From Malacoraja senta (Eukaryota): 39,413 nt of DNA. The position numbers and the translations under genes were made by a program. Below the pieces are notes generated by a model. That model made no database searches and was not told the origin of the DNA. It worked only from the letters and a program-made list of their open reading frames with translations. This document shows, one piece after another, positions 23,310-34,706 of this stretch; the first letter of the stretch is position 1; every line of letters begins with the position of its first letter. The DNA is taken from assembly GCA_038087875.1 (NCBI GenBank), contig JAXLNO010000378.1:1-39413 (forward strand). Direction: 5' to 3'.

Positions 23310-24015
23310 AAATGAACAGTGCTGGCAGAACTTGGCGGATCGGGCAACATCTGTGGAGGAAATGGACAGATGACATCAGCTTGGAAGCCTTCAGACTGGA
23401 GAAGGTTGGAAAAGGGAAATGGGGCCAAGCTTGGCAAGTGATGGGTGGATACAGGTGAGGGGGATGGGCAGATGGTGGAGAAAAGAACAAAGGCTAGAGG
23501 TGAAAAGGTGACAAAACATTCCAGAGGTGCGAAATGTAAAGCTTGAGCGAGGTATGCGGGTGTAATGGGTCCAGAGGGGATGAAAGGGAATGAGATTTGG
23601 AGATGGGAATGAGCTGATGAAGGGACACCCCCTCTTTCCCTACACTCCGCACCCTGGTGTGCACCTCACTCAACACTCCGGTCACCCTAATCCTTTCCCC
23701 TCTAATGTACACTCATCCCTGTCCCACATTCCCCTCTTTCCTAGATCCCTCGCTCTGGCTTTGCATGTCACACCTCTTCTCCTTGTCTGACACTTGTCTC
23801 CTCTTCACCTCTAGCCTTTGTCACTACTCCCCTATCTGCTAATCAACCCACAACTGTATCCAGCATCGCTCACCAGGCCTTGTCCTGCTCCCATCTCTTT
23901 CCAGCTTTCTCCCAACTCCATCAGTCTGAAGAAAGGTCCTGATCTGAAACATCATCTTCCATGCCTTTGCAGTCAGGCAGATGGTGCCTGACCCACTGAG
24001 TACCTCCAGCACTGT
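23310..24015. repeat. Inverted Penelope terminal-repeat pair (array spacer 2)
   Basis: Same two-arm layout; tcagtctgaagaaaggtcctgatctgaaacatc at ~23921. Confidence 0.65.
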
Positions 24016-24129
24016 TTCTGACCTAGTTATTCCTTGGCTAAAGTTATCCTAGGGAAAGTGAGTTTAATAGTCATGGCTCTTGGGTCTTATTATAATTTAC
24101 CAATCCTGCCCCTTCCATTCACCCTACTT

Positions 24130-24510
24130 ATGGCCGTCCGAAGGGGGGGGGGGTGCGTTGGGTGCGACCGCACCCCCCCACCACCCCCCCTTTTTCCCCC
24201 AGAGTAAGAAAAAAATCCCCAGAATTTTTTAATTTTTTTAAATCGGTGCGCAATCAGCCTTTCCACTTTGTCGGAAATCACCCGAAATTCTGGTTCCGGC
24301 CGCTGGATGATTCAGGAGAAAAAAAACGCGCCCATCCGCGCCTGCACAGTTGAGGAAGCGACGCAAAATGACGTTGTCTCTCCGGGCGTGCGCAGTGGGC
24401 CCGGGCGGGATCAGACTGCCACTTGTGCTGCACACATTGAGCTCGATGCCTCGCGTCTACTCCAGGTTAATAGTGGAATATTGCGTTGCAGGAGGGGGAG
24501 TCTGTGAGGG
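24130..24510. mobile_element. Probable DNA transposon end fragment
   Basis: atggccgtccgaagggggg...gtgcg..cgcacccccc GC hairpin as seen at hAT-type ends; no second terminus found. Confidence 0.35.
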
Positions 24511-25485
24511 GGTCTAATCCTGAATGGGGCAGGAGGGTAAAAGGGAAATATGGGACAAGAAGATGGGATATGAGTGTACTTCCCTTCACCCCCCCCCCCC
24601 ACACACACACACACCAAACACCCTGGTGTGCTAATTAACAAATTGGCTGGCTGGCTTTCCCTACCACTGTACGCTCATCTCCCAAACAGGAGTCCCATAG
24701 TCCCTCTCTCCCTTCCACTGCACGCTCATCTCCCAAACAGGAGTCCCATATTTCCCTCTCTCCCTTCCACCCATATCTCTCCTTGTTTTATATTTCAGTT
24801 CTCTCCTTATTTGGCATTTTGTCCCTTTCACCTTGAGCCTTTGGCACTCACTCCATCCATATGCTAATCACGCCTCACATGTACCACCTATTTACTTGCT
24901 GGCTTTGTCCTCCGTGCCTCTGCTTCTTTTCACTCTTTCATCAGTCTGAGGAAAGTTGCTGACCTGAGGTCATCTGTCCATTCCACTTGCAGTCAGGCAG
25001 ATTGTGCCTGAACTGCTGAATGCCTCCAGCACTTTGTCTTTAGACAGAACCATGTTCCCAGGTTAATGTAATTGTAGTTGGCTCCTGTTACAGGGAAAGT
25101 AGAATTTAATATCTGTGGTTTATTAATTTGGCTTTTTTGTACATCTTTGTCAGCTCTCAGGATCTGGTCTTTCTGGAGATGACTTTAAGGTAAGGCCCCT
25201 GTTTCAAAATCTCTCTTGGGTTTCAGTGTTTGGGGGAAAGATTGGGCAGCACAGTGGTAGAGTTGCTGCCTCAGCGCCAGAGACCTGGGTTCAATCCTGA
25301 CAACATGTGTTGTCTGTAGAGTTTTTATGTTCTCCCTATGACCATGTGGGTTTTCTCCAGGTGTTCTGGCTTCTTCCAACACACCAAAGACATTTGGATT
25401 TGTCGGTTAATTGGTTCTAGTAAACTGTCCCTAGTGTGTAGGATAGTGCTAGTGTACGGGGTGATCGCTGGACTGTGCAGACTTA

Positions 25486-25783
25486 TAGCCCTGTCCCACG
25501 GTACGAGTTCATTTAAAAAAATCAAACTCGTGGTAAGCACGGAGAATGAACGTAGCGGGTACGTCGGAGCTCGGGGATGTCTCTTAGTGGCTCGTAACGC
25601 TAACGGCAGGTACTCGGGAAGACTCGCTAACGGCAGGTAAGCACAGGAAGACTCGTGAAGATTTTTCAACACGCTGAAAAATGTCCACGAGAGCCCCGAG
25701 TACCGACGAGTGGCCATTACCGTAAATCTCCGAGTTCGAATCGGGACAAACTCGGAATGAACTCGTACCGTGGAACAGGGCTT
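25486..25783. mobile_element. PIF/Harbinger-type MITE
   Basis: 27-bp TIR agccctgtcccacggtacgagttcatt / aatgaactcgtaccgtggaacagggct (1 mismatch); TTA on both flanks (25483-25485, 25784-25786). Confidence 0.88.
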
Positions 25784-25789
25784 TTAGTG

Positions 25790-26787
25790 TCAAGTCAAGT
25801 CACATTTATTTATATAGCACATTTAAAAAACAACTATCGTTGGCCAAAGTGCTTTACATTTGTTATAAGAATAGCACAAACAAAACAAACTACATACATA
25901 TATACATGTAGCCCTCACTCGGATGATGTCAGGAAAGGCTTGGGAGTGTAGATAAGTCTTTAGTCTTGACTTAAAATAGTCGATGGAGGGGACAGTTCTA
26001 ATGGGAAAGGGGATGCTGTTCCACAGTCTAGGAGCTGCAACCGCAAAGGCGCGGTCGCCCCTGAGCTTATGCCTAGACCGTGGGATATTCAGCAACCCCG
26101 TCGGCCGATCTGAGGGGCCTGGAGGTGGAGTGGTGGGTGAGAAGACTTTTTATGTAGGTGGGGGCAAGCCCATTGAGGGCTTTGTAGACATGGAGGAGGA
26201 TCTTGAAGTTTATACGGAACCGCACAGGGAGCCAGTGGAGAAAGGCCAGGATCGGGGTGATGTGGTCCCTTTTTCAGGTGCCCGTCAGGAATCTCGCTGC
26301 GGCGTTTTGGACCAGTTGCAGGCGGGACAGGGAAGATTGGCTGATGCCAGTGTAAAGGGAGTTGCAGTAATCTAGGCGGGAGGAGATGAATGTGTGGATG
26401 ATCTTTTCGAGGTCATCAAACTGGAGGAATTGTTTTATTTTAGCTATCGTCCAAAGCTGAAAGAAGCTAGCTTTTACCACGGCATTGACTTGTTTGTCAA
26501 ATTTCAGTGCTGAGTCAAATATCACGCCAAGGTTTTTGACGTGAGGTTTGAGTAGTGGGGTAAGGCTTCCAAGGCTGCCTGCTATCATTTTGATTGAGTC
26601 CGAGGGGCCGAGAAGGATGACCTCAGACTTACTCTCGTTTAGTTGGAGGAAGTTCTGGGCCATCCAACACTTTATATCCTCGAGGCAGTGGGTAAGGTTA
26701 AACAGATTTGATTGGTTTTTGGGCTTCAGGGGGAGATAGAGTTGTGTATCGTCTGCGTAGCAATGGAGTTGTGTATCGTCTGCGTAG
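25790..26787 (-). mobile_element. 5'-truncated L2 LINE
   Basis: HCYADDTQLYL, NFLQLNESKSE, SRLDYCNSL, LQLVQNAAAR, GDRAFAVAAPRLWNS, FKSRLKTYL; aataaa plus (gactt)n tail; tagtg at both junctions. Confidence 0.93.
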
Positions 26788-26864
26788 TGGACCAGAGGGC
26801 CTGTTTCCACACTACATCTCTGAACTAAATACGTTATTTTGTATTCGAGGTTCTTTCAATTCAA

Positions 26865-27757
26865 GGCGCTGGAATCTTGAACATAAACAATGCTGGAGGA
26901 ACTTGGTGTGTCAGTCAGCATCTGTGGAGCAAATGGATAGATGTATCTGGTTGGAATCCTTCAGTCTGGAGTGGGGGAAACTGGGATAATGAGGTGGGGT
27001 GAGGCAAAGCTTAGCGAGTGATGGGTGGGTAAGGTGAGGGGGTGATTGTGGAGTAAGTGACAAAGGCTAGAGATGGAAAGGTGAGAATGTGTCAGAAGGA
27101 GATGAGGTGTGAAATGTAAAGCTTGAGGGAGGTATACGGGTGTAATGAATGAATGAGTTTATTGGCCAAGTACGTTCACATACAAGGAAGTTGCCTTGGT
27201 GCTCCGCTCGCTCGTGACAACATGACATACAGTGACAATTAAGAATGACACATAGAACATTAAACATTAATTATAATAGGACTGGGTGGGAGTGAAGGGA
27301 AAAGGAAAATGTGAGACTCTGAGGGAGATGAGCATACTGTTGGAAACTCTCCCTCTTACCCTGCACCCCCACCCTGGTGTACACACTCCTCCAACACCTC
27401 AGCCACTGCTCCTCCCCCCTCTGTACGCTCATCCCTGAGCCCTATATTTTCCTCTTTCCCCTTGCACCCATATCCATCCCTCTGGCTTTACATTTCAATG
27501 CTCTCATCTTCTTATCTGACAAGCTTTGTCTCCATTTCACCTCCAGCCTTTGTCACTTACTCCATCCATCTGCCACCCCCTCCCCCCTCACCTGTATCCA
27601 CCTATCACTCGCCAGGCTTTGTCCTGCTCCCATCTCTCTTCCCACTTTCTCTGCCCTACTCCATCAGTCTGAAGAAGGTTCCTGACCCAAAATGTCTGTC
27701 CATCCACTTTGTGATCAGACAGATGGTGCCTGACCCACTGAGTACCTCCAGCACTGT
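26865..27757. repeat. Inverted Penelope terminal-repeat pair (array spacer 4) with a small LINE-tail insert
   Basis: Same layout; cagtctgaagaaggttcctgacccaaaatg at ~27665; insert at ~27145-27275. Confidence 0.65.
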
Positions 27758-27867
27758 TTAGACCAAGTTATATTTCCTGGTTAAAGTAATCCCAGAGTTT
27801 AATATTCAAGGCCTTTGTTTTAAGGTGATTACAATCTATTAATATGTCCCATGCCAGTAGTGTTTTT

Positions 27868-28142
27868 AGTTAAGAGATACAGCATGGAAATATGCCCTTT
27901 GGTAGTCAGCATGGACTCAGTGGGCCAATCACCCATTTCCCTAACCTACACTAGGATAATTTACAGAAGCCAACTAACTTACAAACCTGCACATCTTTGG
28001 TATGTGCGTGGAAAGCAGACATCCAGAGAAAATCTCTGTGGTCGCAGAGAGAGCATAAAAAATGTGCAGACAGCACCAGAGATCAGGATCAAACCCAGGT
28101 CTCTGCTACTGTAAGACAGCAACTCTACTACTGTGCCACCCA
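27868..28142 (-). mobile_element. Degenerate V-SINE copy
   Basis: Reverse-complement similarity to the other SINE copies. Confidence 0.7.
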
Positions 28143-28453
28143 TGTTTTAGTTGGTCTTAATATATTTATTTTAGTACAATGTGAAGAAGGGTCCTGTTCC
28201 GAAACATCACCTTCCATGTTCTGCAGAGATGTTGCCTGACCTGCTGAGACTCCAGCACTTTGTCTTTTTTTGTAAACCAGCATCTGCAGTTCCTTGATTT
28301 TCATCCCAAATATTCCCTGGTTTCCGGGCTTTTACAAACTTTGGCGTCTGTACAATGGGTACATTATGGGGAAAGGAAACGGGTCACAGGGCAATAAAGC
28401 ACCATTTTGCAGTAAAGAGAACAATTATATCTAATTTGTAGACAGCACTCCCA

Positions 28454-29800
28454 ATGCTAGAGTCAGTTATTAAAGATGGGATAGCAGCACATTTGGAAAG
28501 TGGTGAAATCATTGGACAAAGTCAGCATGGATTTACGAAAGGTAAATCGTGTCTGACGAATCTTATAGAATTTTTCGAGGATGTAACTAGTAGCGTGGAT
28601 AGGGGAGAACCAGTGGATGTGTTGTATCTGGACTTCCAGAAGGCTTTTGACAAGGTCCCACATAAGAGATTAGTATACAAACTTAAAGCACATGCAATTG
28701 GGGGTTCAGTATTGATGTGGATAGAGAACTGGCTGGCAAACAGGAAGCAAAGAGTAGGAGTAAACGGGTCCTTTTCACAATGGCAGGCAGTGACTAGTGG
28801 GGTACCGCAAGGCTCAGTGCTGGGACCCCAGCTATTTACAATATATATTAATGAACTGGATGAGGGAATTGAAGGCAATATCTCCAAGTTTGCGAATGAC
28901 ACTAAGCTGGGGGGCAGTGTTAGCTGTGAGGAGGATGCTAGGAGACTGCAAGGTGACTTGGATAGGCTGGGTGAGTGGGCAAATGTTTGGCAGATGCAGT
29001 ATAATGTGGATAAATGTGAGGTTATCCATTTTGGTGGCAAAAACAGGAAAGCAGACTATTATCTAAATGGTGGCCGACTAGGAAAAGGGGAGATGCAGCG
29101 AGACCTGGGTGTCATGGTACACCAGTCATTAAAAGTAGGCATGCAGGTGCAGCAGGCAGTGAAGAAAGCTTTCATAGCAAATGGATTTGAGTATAGGAGC
29201 AGGGAGGTTCTACAGGGTCTTGGTGAGACCACACCTGGAGTATTGCGTACAGTTTTGGTCTCCAAATCTGAGGAAGGACATTATTGCCATAGAGGGAGTG
29301 CAGAGAAGGTTCACCAGACTGATTCCTGGGATGTCAGGACTGTCTTATGAAGAAAGACTGGATAGACTTGGTTTATACTCTCTAGAATTTAGGAGATTGA
29401 GAGGGGATCTTATAGAAACGTACAAAATTCTTAAGGGGTTGGATAGGCTAGATGCAGGAAGATTGCTCCCGATGTTGGGGAAGTCCAGGACAAGGGGTCA
29501 CAGCTTAAGGATAAGGGGGAAATCCTTTAAAACCGAGATGAGAAGAACTTTTTTCACACAGAGAGTGGTGAATCTCTGGAACTCTCTGCCACAGAGGGTA
29601 GTCGAGGCCAGTTCATTGGCTATATTTAAGAGGGAGTTAGATGTGGCCATTGTGGCTAAAGGGATCAGAGGGTATGGAGAGAAGGCAGGTACGGGATACT
29701 GAGTTGGATGATCAGCCATGATCATATTTAATGGCGGTGCAGGCTCGAAGGGCCGAATGGCCTACTCCTGCACCTATTGTCTATGTTTCTATGTTTCTAT
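28454..29800 (+). mobile_element. 5'-truncated CR1 LINE (RT plus 3' UTR)
   Basis: [74 protein letters not shown]; (tatgtttc)n tail; frameshift near 29200. Confidence 0.96.
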
Positions 29801-30019
29801 AACGGCAATTTGTATCGCTCCAATTTATGGTCAACACTCCCACCGTGTGGTGATCCACAGCACTGCAGACCCATCCAGTTTGTGGTCAACACTCCCACCC
29901 TGTGGTGATCCACTGCACTGCAGACTCATCCAGTTTGTGGTCAACACTCCCACCATGTGGCGATCTACTGCACTGCAGGCCCATCTGATATGTCGACAAG
30001 GTACTAGTTTGACTCGGAT

Positions 30020-31090
30020 GTTTAAGAAAGAACTGCAGATGCTGGAAAATCGAAGATAGACAAAACTGCTGGAGCAACTCAGCGGGTGAGAGCATCTATG
30101 GAGCGAAGGAAATAAGCAACGTTTCGGGTGGAGACCCTTCTTCAGACTGATGTAAGGGTGGGGGGGAGCGGGAAGATGAAAGGAAGAGGAGGAGACAGTG
30201 GGCTGAGGGAGAGCTGGGAAGGGGAGGAGAAAGCAGGGACTACCTGAAATTAGAGAAGTCATACCACTAGGGTGCAAACTGCCCAAGCAAAATATGAGGT
30301 GCTGCTCCAATATACGGTGATACTTCCCACCCTGCTTCCTGTAAGGGTCCCATGGCTATCTGGACTACACTTCTTCCCACCCTGCTTCCTGTAAGGACTC
30401 CACCCCCTACTCCCAATTCCTCCGTCTACACCGCTTCTGCACCCAGGATGAGGTGTTCCAAACCAGGGCATCGGAGATGTCCTCATTCTTCAGGGAACGG
30501 GGGTTCCCCTCTTCTACCATAGATGAGGCTCTCACCAGGGTCTCTTCTATACCCCATGACTCTGCTCTCACTCCCCATCCCCCTCACTCGTAACAAGGGC
30601 AGAGTCCCCATTGTCCTCACCTTCCACCTTACCAGCCGTCACGTACAACAGATAATCCTCAGACATTTTCGCCACCTCCAACGGGATCCCACCACTGGCC
30701 ACATCTTCCCATCTCCTCCCCTTTCGGCTTTCTGCAGAGACCGCTCCCTCCATAACGACCTGGTCAATTCGTCCCTTCCCACCCGAACCACACCCTCTCC
30801 GGGCACTTTCCCTTGCAACCGCAGGAAATGCTACACTTGTTGCTTTACCTCCCCCTTGACTCCATTCAAGGACCCAAGCTGTCTTTCCAGGTGTGGCAGA
30901 GGTTCACCTGCACCTCCTCCAACCTCATCTATTGCATCCGCTGCTCTAGGTGTCAGCTGCTCCACATCGGTGAGACCACGCGTAGGCTTGGCGATCGCTT
31001 CGCCCAACACCTCCGCTCGGTTCTCAATAACCAAACTGATCTCCCGGTGGCTCAGTACTTCAACTCCCCCTCCCATTCCGAATCTGACCA
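30020..31090. mobile_element. Poseidon-like Penelope fragment: inverted 3' end (30020-30310, minus) plus RT C-terminus and GIY-YIG (30310-31090, plus)
   Basis: RVPIVLTFH, PGTFPCNRRKCYTC, SSNLIYCIRCSRCQLLHIGETTRRLGDRFAQH (GIY-YIG); minus arm EQHLIFCLGSLHPSGM followed by a UTR. Confidence 0.9.
30112..30150 (-). ncRNA. Minimal type I hammerhead ribozyme-like motif in the Penelope terminal repeat
   Basis: Minus strand: AGU-CUGAAGA-A-GGGU-cucc-ACCC-GAAACGUU-GCU, i.e. CUGANGA core, stem II, GAAA with palindromic ACGU, and a short stem I. Confidence 0.6.
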
Positions 31091-31497
31091 TGCTTTCATG
31101 CTGCTTCAGACAGGGTGCAGGGCCACCCAGTTCAAGTGCACCTTCCGCCCACCTCAGGCAGGGTGCGGGGCCACCCCGTTCAAGTGCAAGTGACCTCTCC
31201 CCCATCTTGCAGAGAACTGAGGGACCTCCACACTTCTGGGTTTTATAGTCCCTCCCCCCTCCCACCAGAAAGGGTGTGGCCTTCATGGCATGATTGACAG
31301 GAGAGAGAATCTGAAATTTTTTTAAACATTAAGTCTTTTATTTTTCATCGATGGGAAAAATCCGCTTGTCCTTCCCAGCAGAGGCGGACTGTGAGTAAGA
31401 TGGCCAAAAATCGCAGCCGTAAGTGGTAGCGTTTTTTCTAAAATCAATATGCAGTACAAACAGGAATTGGTCAAGATCAGAGTTTTAATTATATAGA
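31090..31497 (-). mobile_element. Helitron 5' part (same family as 5415-6109)
   Basis: Minus strand starts A|TCTATATAATTAAAACTCTGATCTTGACC; 3' end absent. Confidence 0.8.
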
Positions 31498-31499
31498 TG

Positions 31500-31845
31500 T
31501 ATTAGACGACCTTAATATTGGTCCAACCTGTAAGAGTCCTGATTGCAGAGACACGATGGTCCTTGTTGGAGATATATCTCCAGGCATTGTCCACGTCCAA
31601 GTGTTTTCACCTTGAGGACTAGAATCTTCTCATCCAGGGCTGTCTGACACTGCTCCAGCACTTTGTCTAATTGTAGAGAAGGACGTTGGAACATTTCAAG
31701 CATTAAAATGTTATGTTAATTTGATTTTTCAGCATCAAGTCTTCCTGGATTTAGTCTTTATGGATGTCATAGGAAGGTAAGGTACCTATTTCTAACCCTC
31801 TTCAGTTTAATGGGATAAATGTATTAAATTAATGATGGCTTTTCT
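31500..31845 (-). pseudogene. Decayed Neptune-like Penelope fragment
   Basis: TWTMPGDISP..IVS.CNQDSYRLDQY, plus an N-terminal stretch alignable to 16230-16390 and 22590-22750. Confidence 0.65.
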
Positions 31846-31859
31846 CGTTTGTTTCTTCA

Positions 31860-32260
31860 ACATCGAGGAGGTCGCAGTCTCGGGTAGACCGATGTCGGGA
31901 AGCTCCAAAGAACGCGGAAGGTTTGACGAGCCCCGACTCAGGATAGATCGCCCGGCGCAGGAGAGCTGAGATTCAACCCCCCAATGCAGGAGCCCCGACA
32001 CGGATGGCCCGACCGCCGGCTACGGGAGTCAAGATCGTCCCGTCAACGGAAGGCTCGAGGCCCCCGACTGCGGGAGGCCAAAGAAGGGAAGAGATTGAAC
32101 TTCGTCTTCCATCACAGTGAAGAATGTGGAGGCGTCGCCGTGGTGGATGTTCATGTTGCAATATATTTTCTGTGTTCTGTTGCTTTTATTGGCATGAGTC
32201 TATGGTCAATGAAATTCTTGTGTGTTGCAAAACATACTTGGCTAATAACGTATGTTTATG
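31860..32260 (+). repeat. Relative of the 9058-9827 retroelement
   Basis: Shared gggaagagattgaact..ttccatcacagtga..gtggtggatgtt..gttgcaaaacatacttggctaataa. Confidence 0.7.
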
Positions 32261-32318
32261 ATGTAAGGCAGCAACTCAACCGCTGCACCACCGTGCCACC
32301 CCATGCTTGAATGGTGAG

Positions 32319-34100
32319 TGTAGATTGGTTTATGCATGAGAACCAATCATAGTAGAATAGCATCACTAACCCCAACCTACTGTACGATTTATACTAACAC
32401 CCACTTCCTACACTGGTCAGTCTTGGAAGCGGTCGCGATGTTCTAACAACTAACAACCTGCTGTAATATGAATACTGATTAAAGATGATCTTGAACTTCA
32501 GATAGTATTCTTTGGCTATTTACATGGTGTCAGTGAGCTTGGAGTAACCCACTGCGTCCGTCTATCGGGTTTTATTTCTGTTTGTCAGTTTTGTTTTTTG
32601 CTTTACGATGGCTCAATCTTGCAGAAAGCCTGCACAGCTTATCTTCGATTCCGACGTCGGCGAGCGATGGATGACATTTGAGATTGATTACCAACACTAC
32701 ATGAACATTGTCCACCGAAATGACCAGACGCTGTCAAAGTCTCCCTTCTACTTAATTTGCGGGTCCGAAAGCCATGATGAGAGCTCGGACTTTTGAATAC
32801 GCTCCTGAAATTCATGACGCCAACGGCCAGGTAGTTACACCTGCAGAATCTGTGAACGATCCTAATGTCTTGTTGCATAAATTTAGTGAGATATGGGACC
32901 TGCCGTCGAACCGCATTTTAGAAAGAGCCAAATTCTTTGCGAGACACCAGCTTCCTGATGAGCCGGTGGAGAAATTCATTTGTGATTTATGATACATGGC
33001 CCAGAGGTGCCGATTTGAAACAATGACTAATCAGCTGATAAGGGACAAATTAGTATCTGGCATGAATGATCAAAAGCTACGGTTAGAGTTGCTGCGGAAT
33101 CCTGATTTAACTCTCGAGCAGGCTGCACATGCCTGTTGTTTGGCTGATTTTGTCGCTCCATTAAGCGAGCAGCGTGACACAGAAAAAAAATCTATCAACG
33201 TGACGAGGTTTAACAGACCGCGAACCGACCGATAACAGAAGATTTACGACCGAGGCCCCTCGACCGGCTAATCTGGGATTTGCCAATGAGCCCTTTAGGA
33301 GATGTCCTAACTGTAACTACCTCCACAATAAGCGAGATACATGCCCTGCTTATGGGAAGTCTTGCAATTACTGCAAGAAGATGAACCATTTCTCTGCCGC
33401 TTGCAGAGCCCGTGGGAAGAGACCCTCTAGTCCAGCATACCACTCAAACCCCTACGAACGCGATGAGTTTACAGTTCTCAGCATTGACTTTGTTCCTACA
33501 AAACAACTGCGCCGCTTAGCCGAACACACAGCCGCCAACACTTGCTTGCTTTGAAGGAGCCACGTCCACCACCAGCTGGTCCCTACGCTCCACCACTACA
33601 GTTCCAGCCATCTGCTGCCGCCACCAGTTCCAGCATGTCCCGTACCCCTCCACGACCGGCGGCTATGACTAACCATAAAAATACCTCTCCTGCATGCTCC
33701 CCCTGTCGGTCACCACGGGTGTCCCCTGCTGCTTTCTCTCTTCCGGGTTCACCACCTCCCTTTAATCTGTCTGGTGAAGGGGGAGAGGGCTTGGTCCGTA
33801 CGCGTTCCGGCTGTATTAGTAGACCGCCTGATAGGTATGGCGATTATGTTTAAATGCTTACCATATTCACTCTTTACGGGGAAGGATGTAGATTGGTTTA
33901 TGCATGAGAACCAATCATAGTAAAATAGCATCACTAACCCCACCCTACTGTACGGTTTATACTAACACCCACTTCCTACACTGGTCAGTCTTGGAAGCGG
34001 TCACGATGTTCTAACAACTAACGACCTGCTGTACCGCTATAATATGAATACTGATTAAAGATGATCTTGAACTTCAGATTGTATTCTTTGGCTATTTACA
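32319..34100 (+). mobile_element. Internally deleted Gypsy (Mag-like) LTR retrotransposon with both LTRs
   Basis: LTRs TGTAG..TTACA at 32319-32524 and 33887-34100; TSD GTGAG (32314-32318, 34101-34105); PBS TGGTGTCAG; PPT GGGGAAGGA; decayed gag with CNYCKKMNHFSAAC; C-terminal TRSGCISRPPDRYGDY. Confidence 0.96.
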
Positions 34101-34109
34101 GTGAGTAAA

Positions 34110-34705
34110 TACAGTGCTGGAGGAACTTGGTGGGTTTGACAACCTCTGAAGAAATGGACAGATGACTAATAGGGTCGAGAGCTCTCAGTCTGAAATACGG
34201 GGTAGAGCTGGAAATGAGGTGGGGGTTGGGCACTGCCTGATAGGTGATGGATGGATTACAGGTGAGTGGGTGATGGGCAAATAGATGGCGTAAGTGCCAA
34301 AGGCTGAAGGTGAAAGTGATAAAAAACATGTTGGATAACAAGAGCTGTGAAATGTAAAACCAGGGTGAGGTGGGGTTGGAAGGTAAGAGGGAAATGTGGG
34401 ACAAGGAGTTGATAGATGAGCGCACTTTCCTTCACCCCCCCCCCCCCCACGCACCCTGATGCGCTAACTAACTACCTACCAACTAACTCTGGTCCTTTCC
34501 CTTCCCTTATTTGGCGTTTTGTCCCTTTCACCTTGAGCCTTTGGCACTCACTCCATCCATATGCTAATCACGCCTCATGTACCACCTATTTATTTGCTGG
34601 CTTTCATCAGTCTGAGGAAGGTTGCTGACCTGAGGTGTCATCTGTCCATTCCACTTGCAGTCAGGCAGATTGTGCCTGAACTGCTGAATGCCACCAGCAC
34701 TTTGT
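34110..34705. repeat. Inverted Penelope terminal-repeat pair (array spacer 5)
   Basis: Same layout; right arm nearly identical to 24800-25040. Confidence 0.65.
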
Positions 34706-34706
34706 C

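Larger units (their letters stand above)
25245..26830 (+). mobile_element. V-SINE split by a Harbinger MITE and an L2
   Basis: Head and body at 25245-25485; tail resumes tggaccagagggcctgtttcc at ~26788. Confidence 0.75.

Noticed and set aside
28454..29350. 298-aa RT ORF as an active or domesticated gene
   Set aside because: 5'-truncated, catalytic FADD changed to FAND, and frameshifted near 29200.
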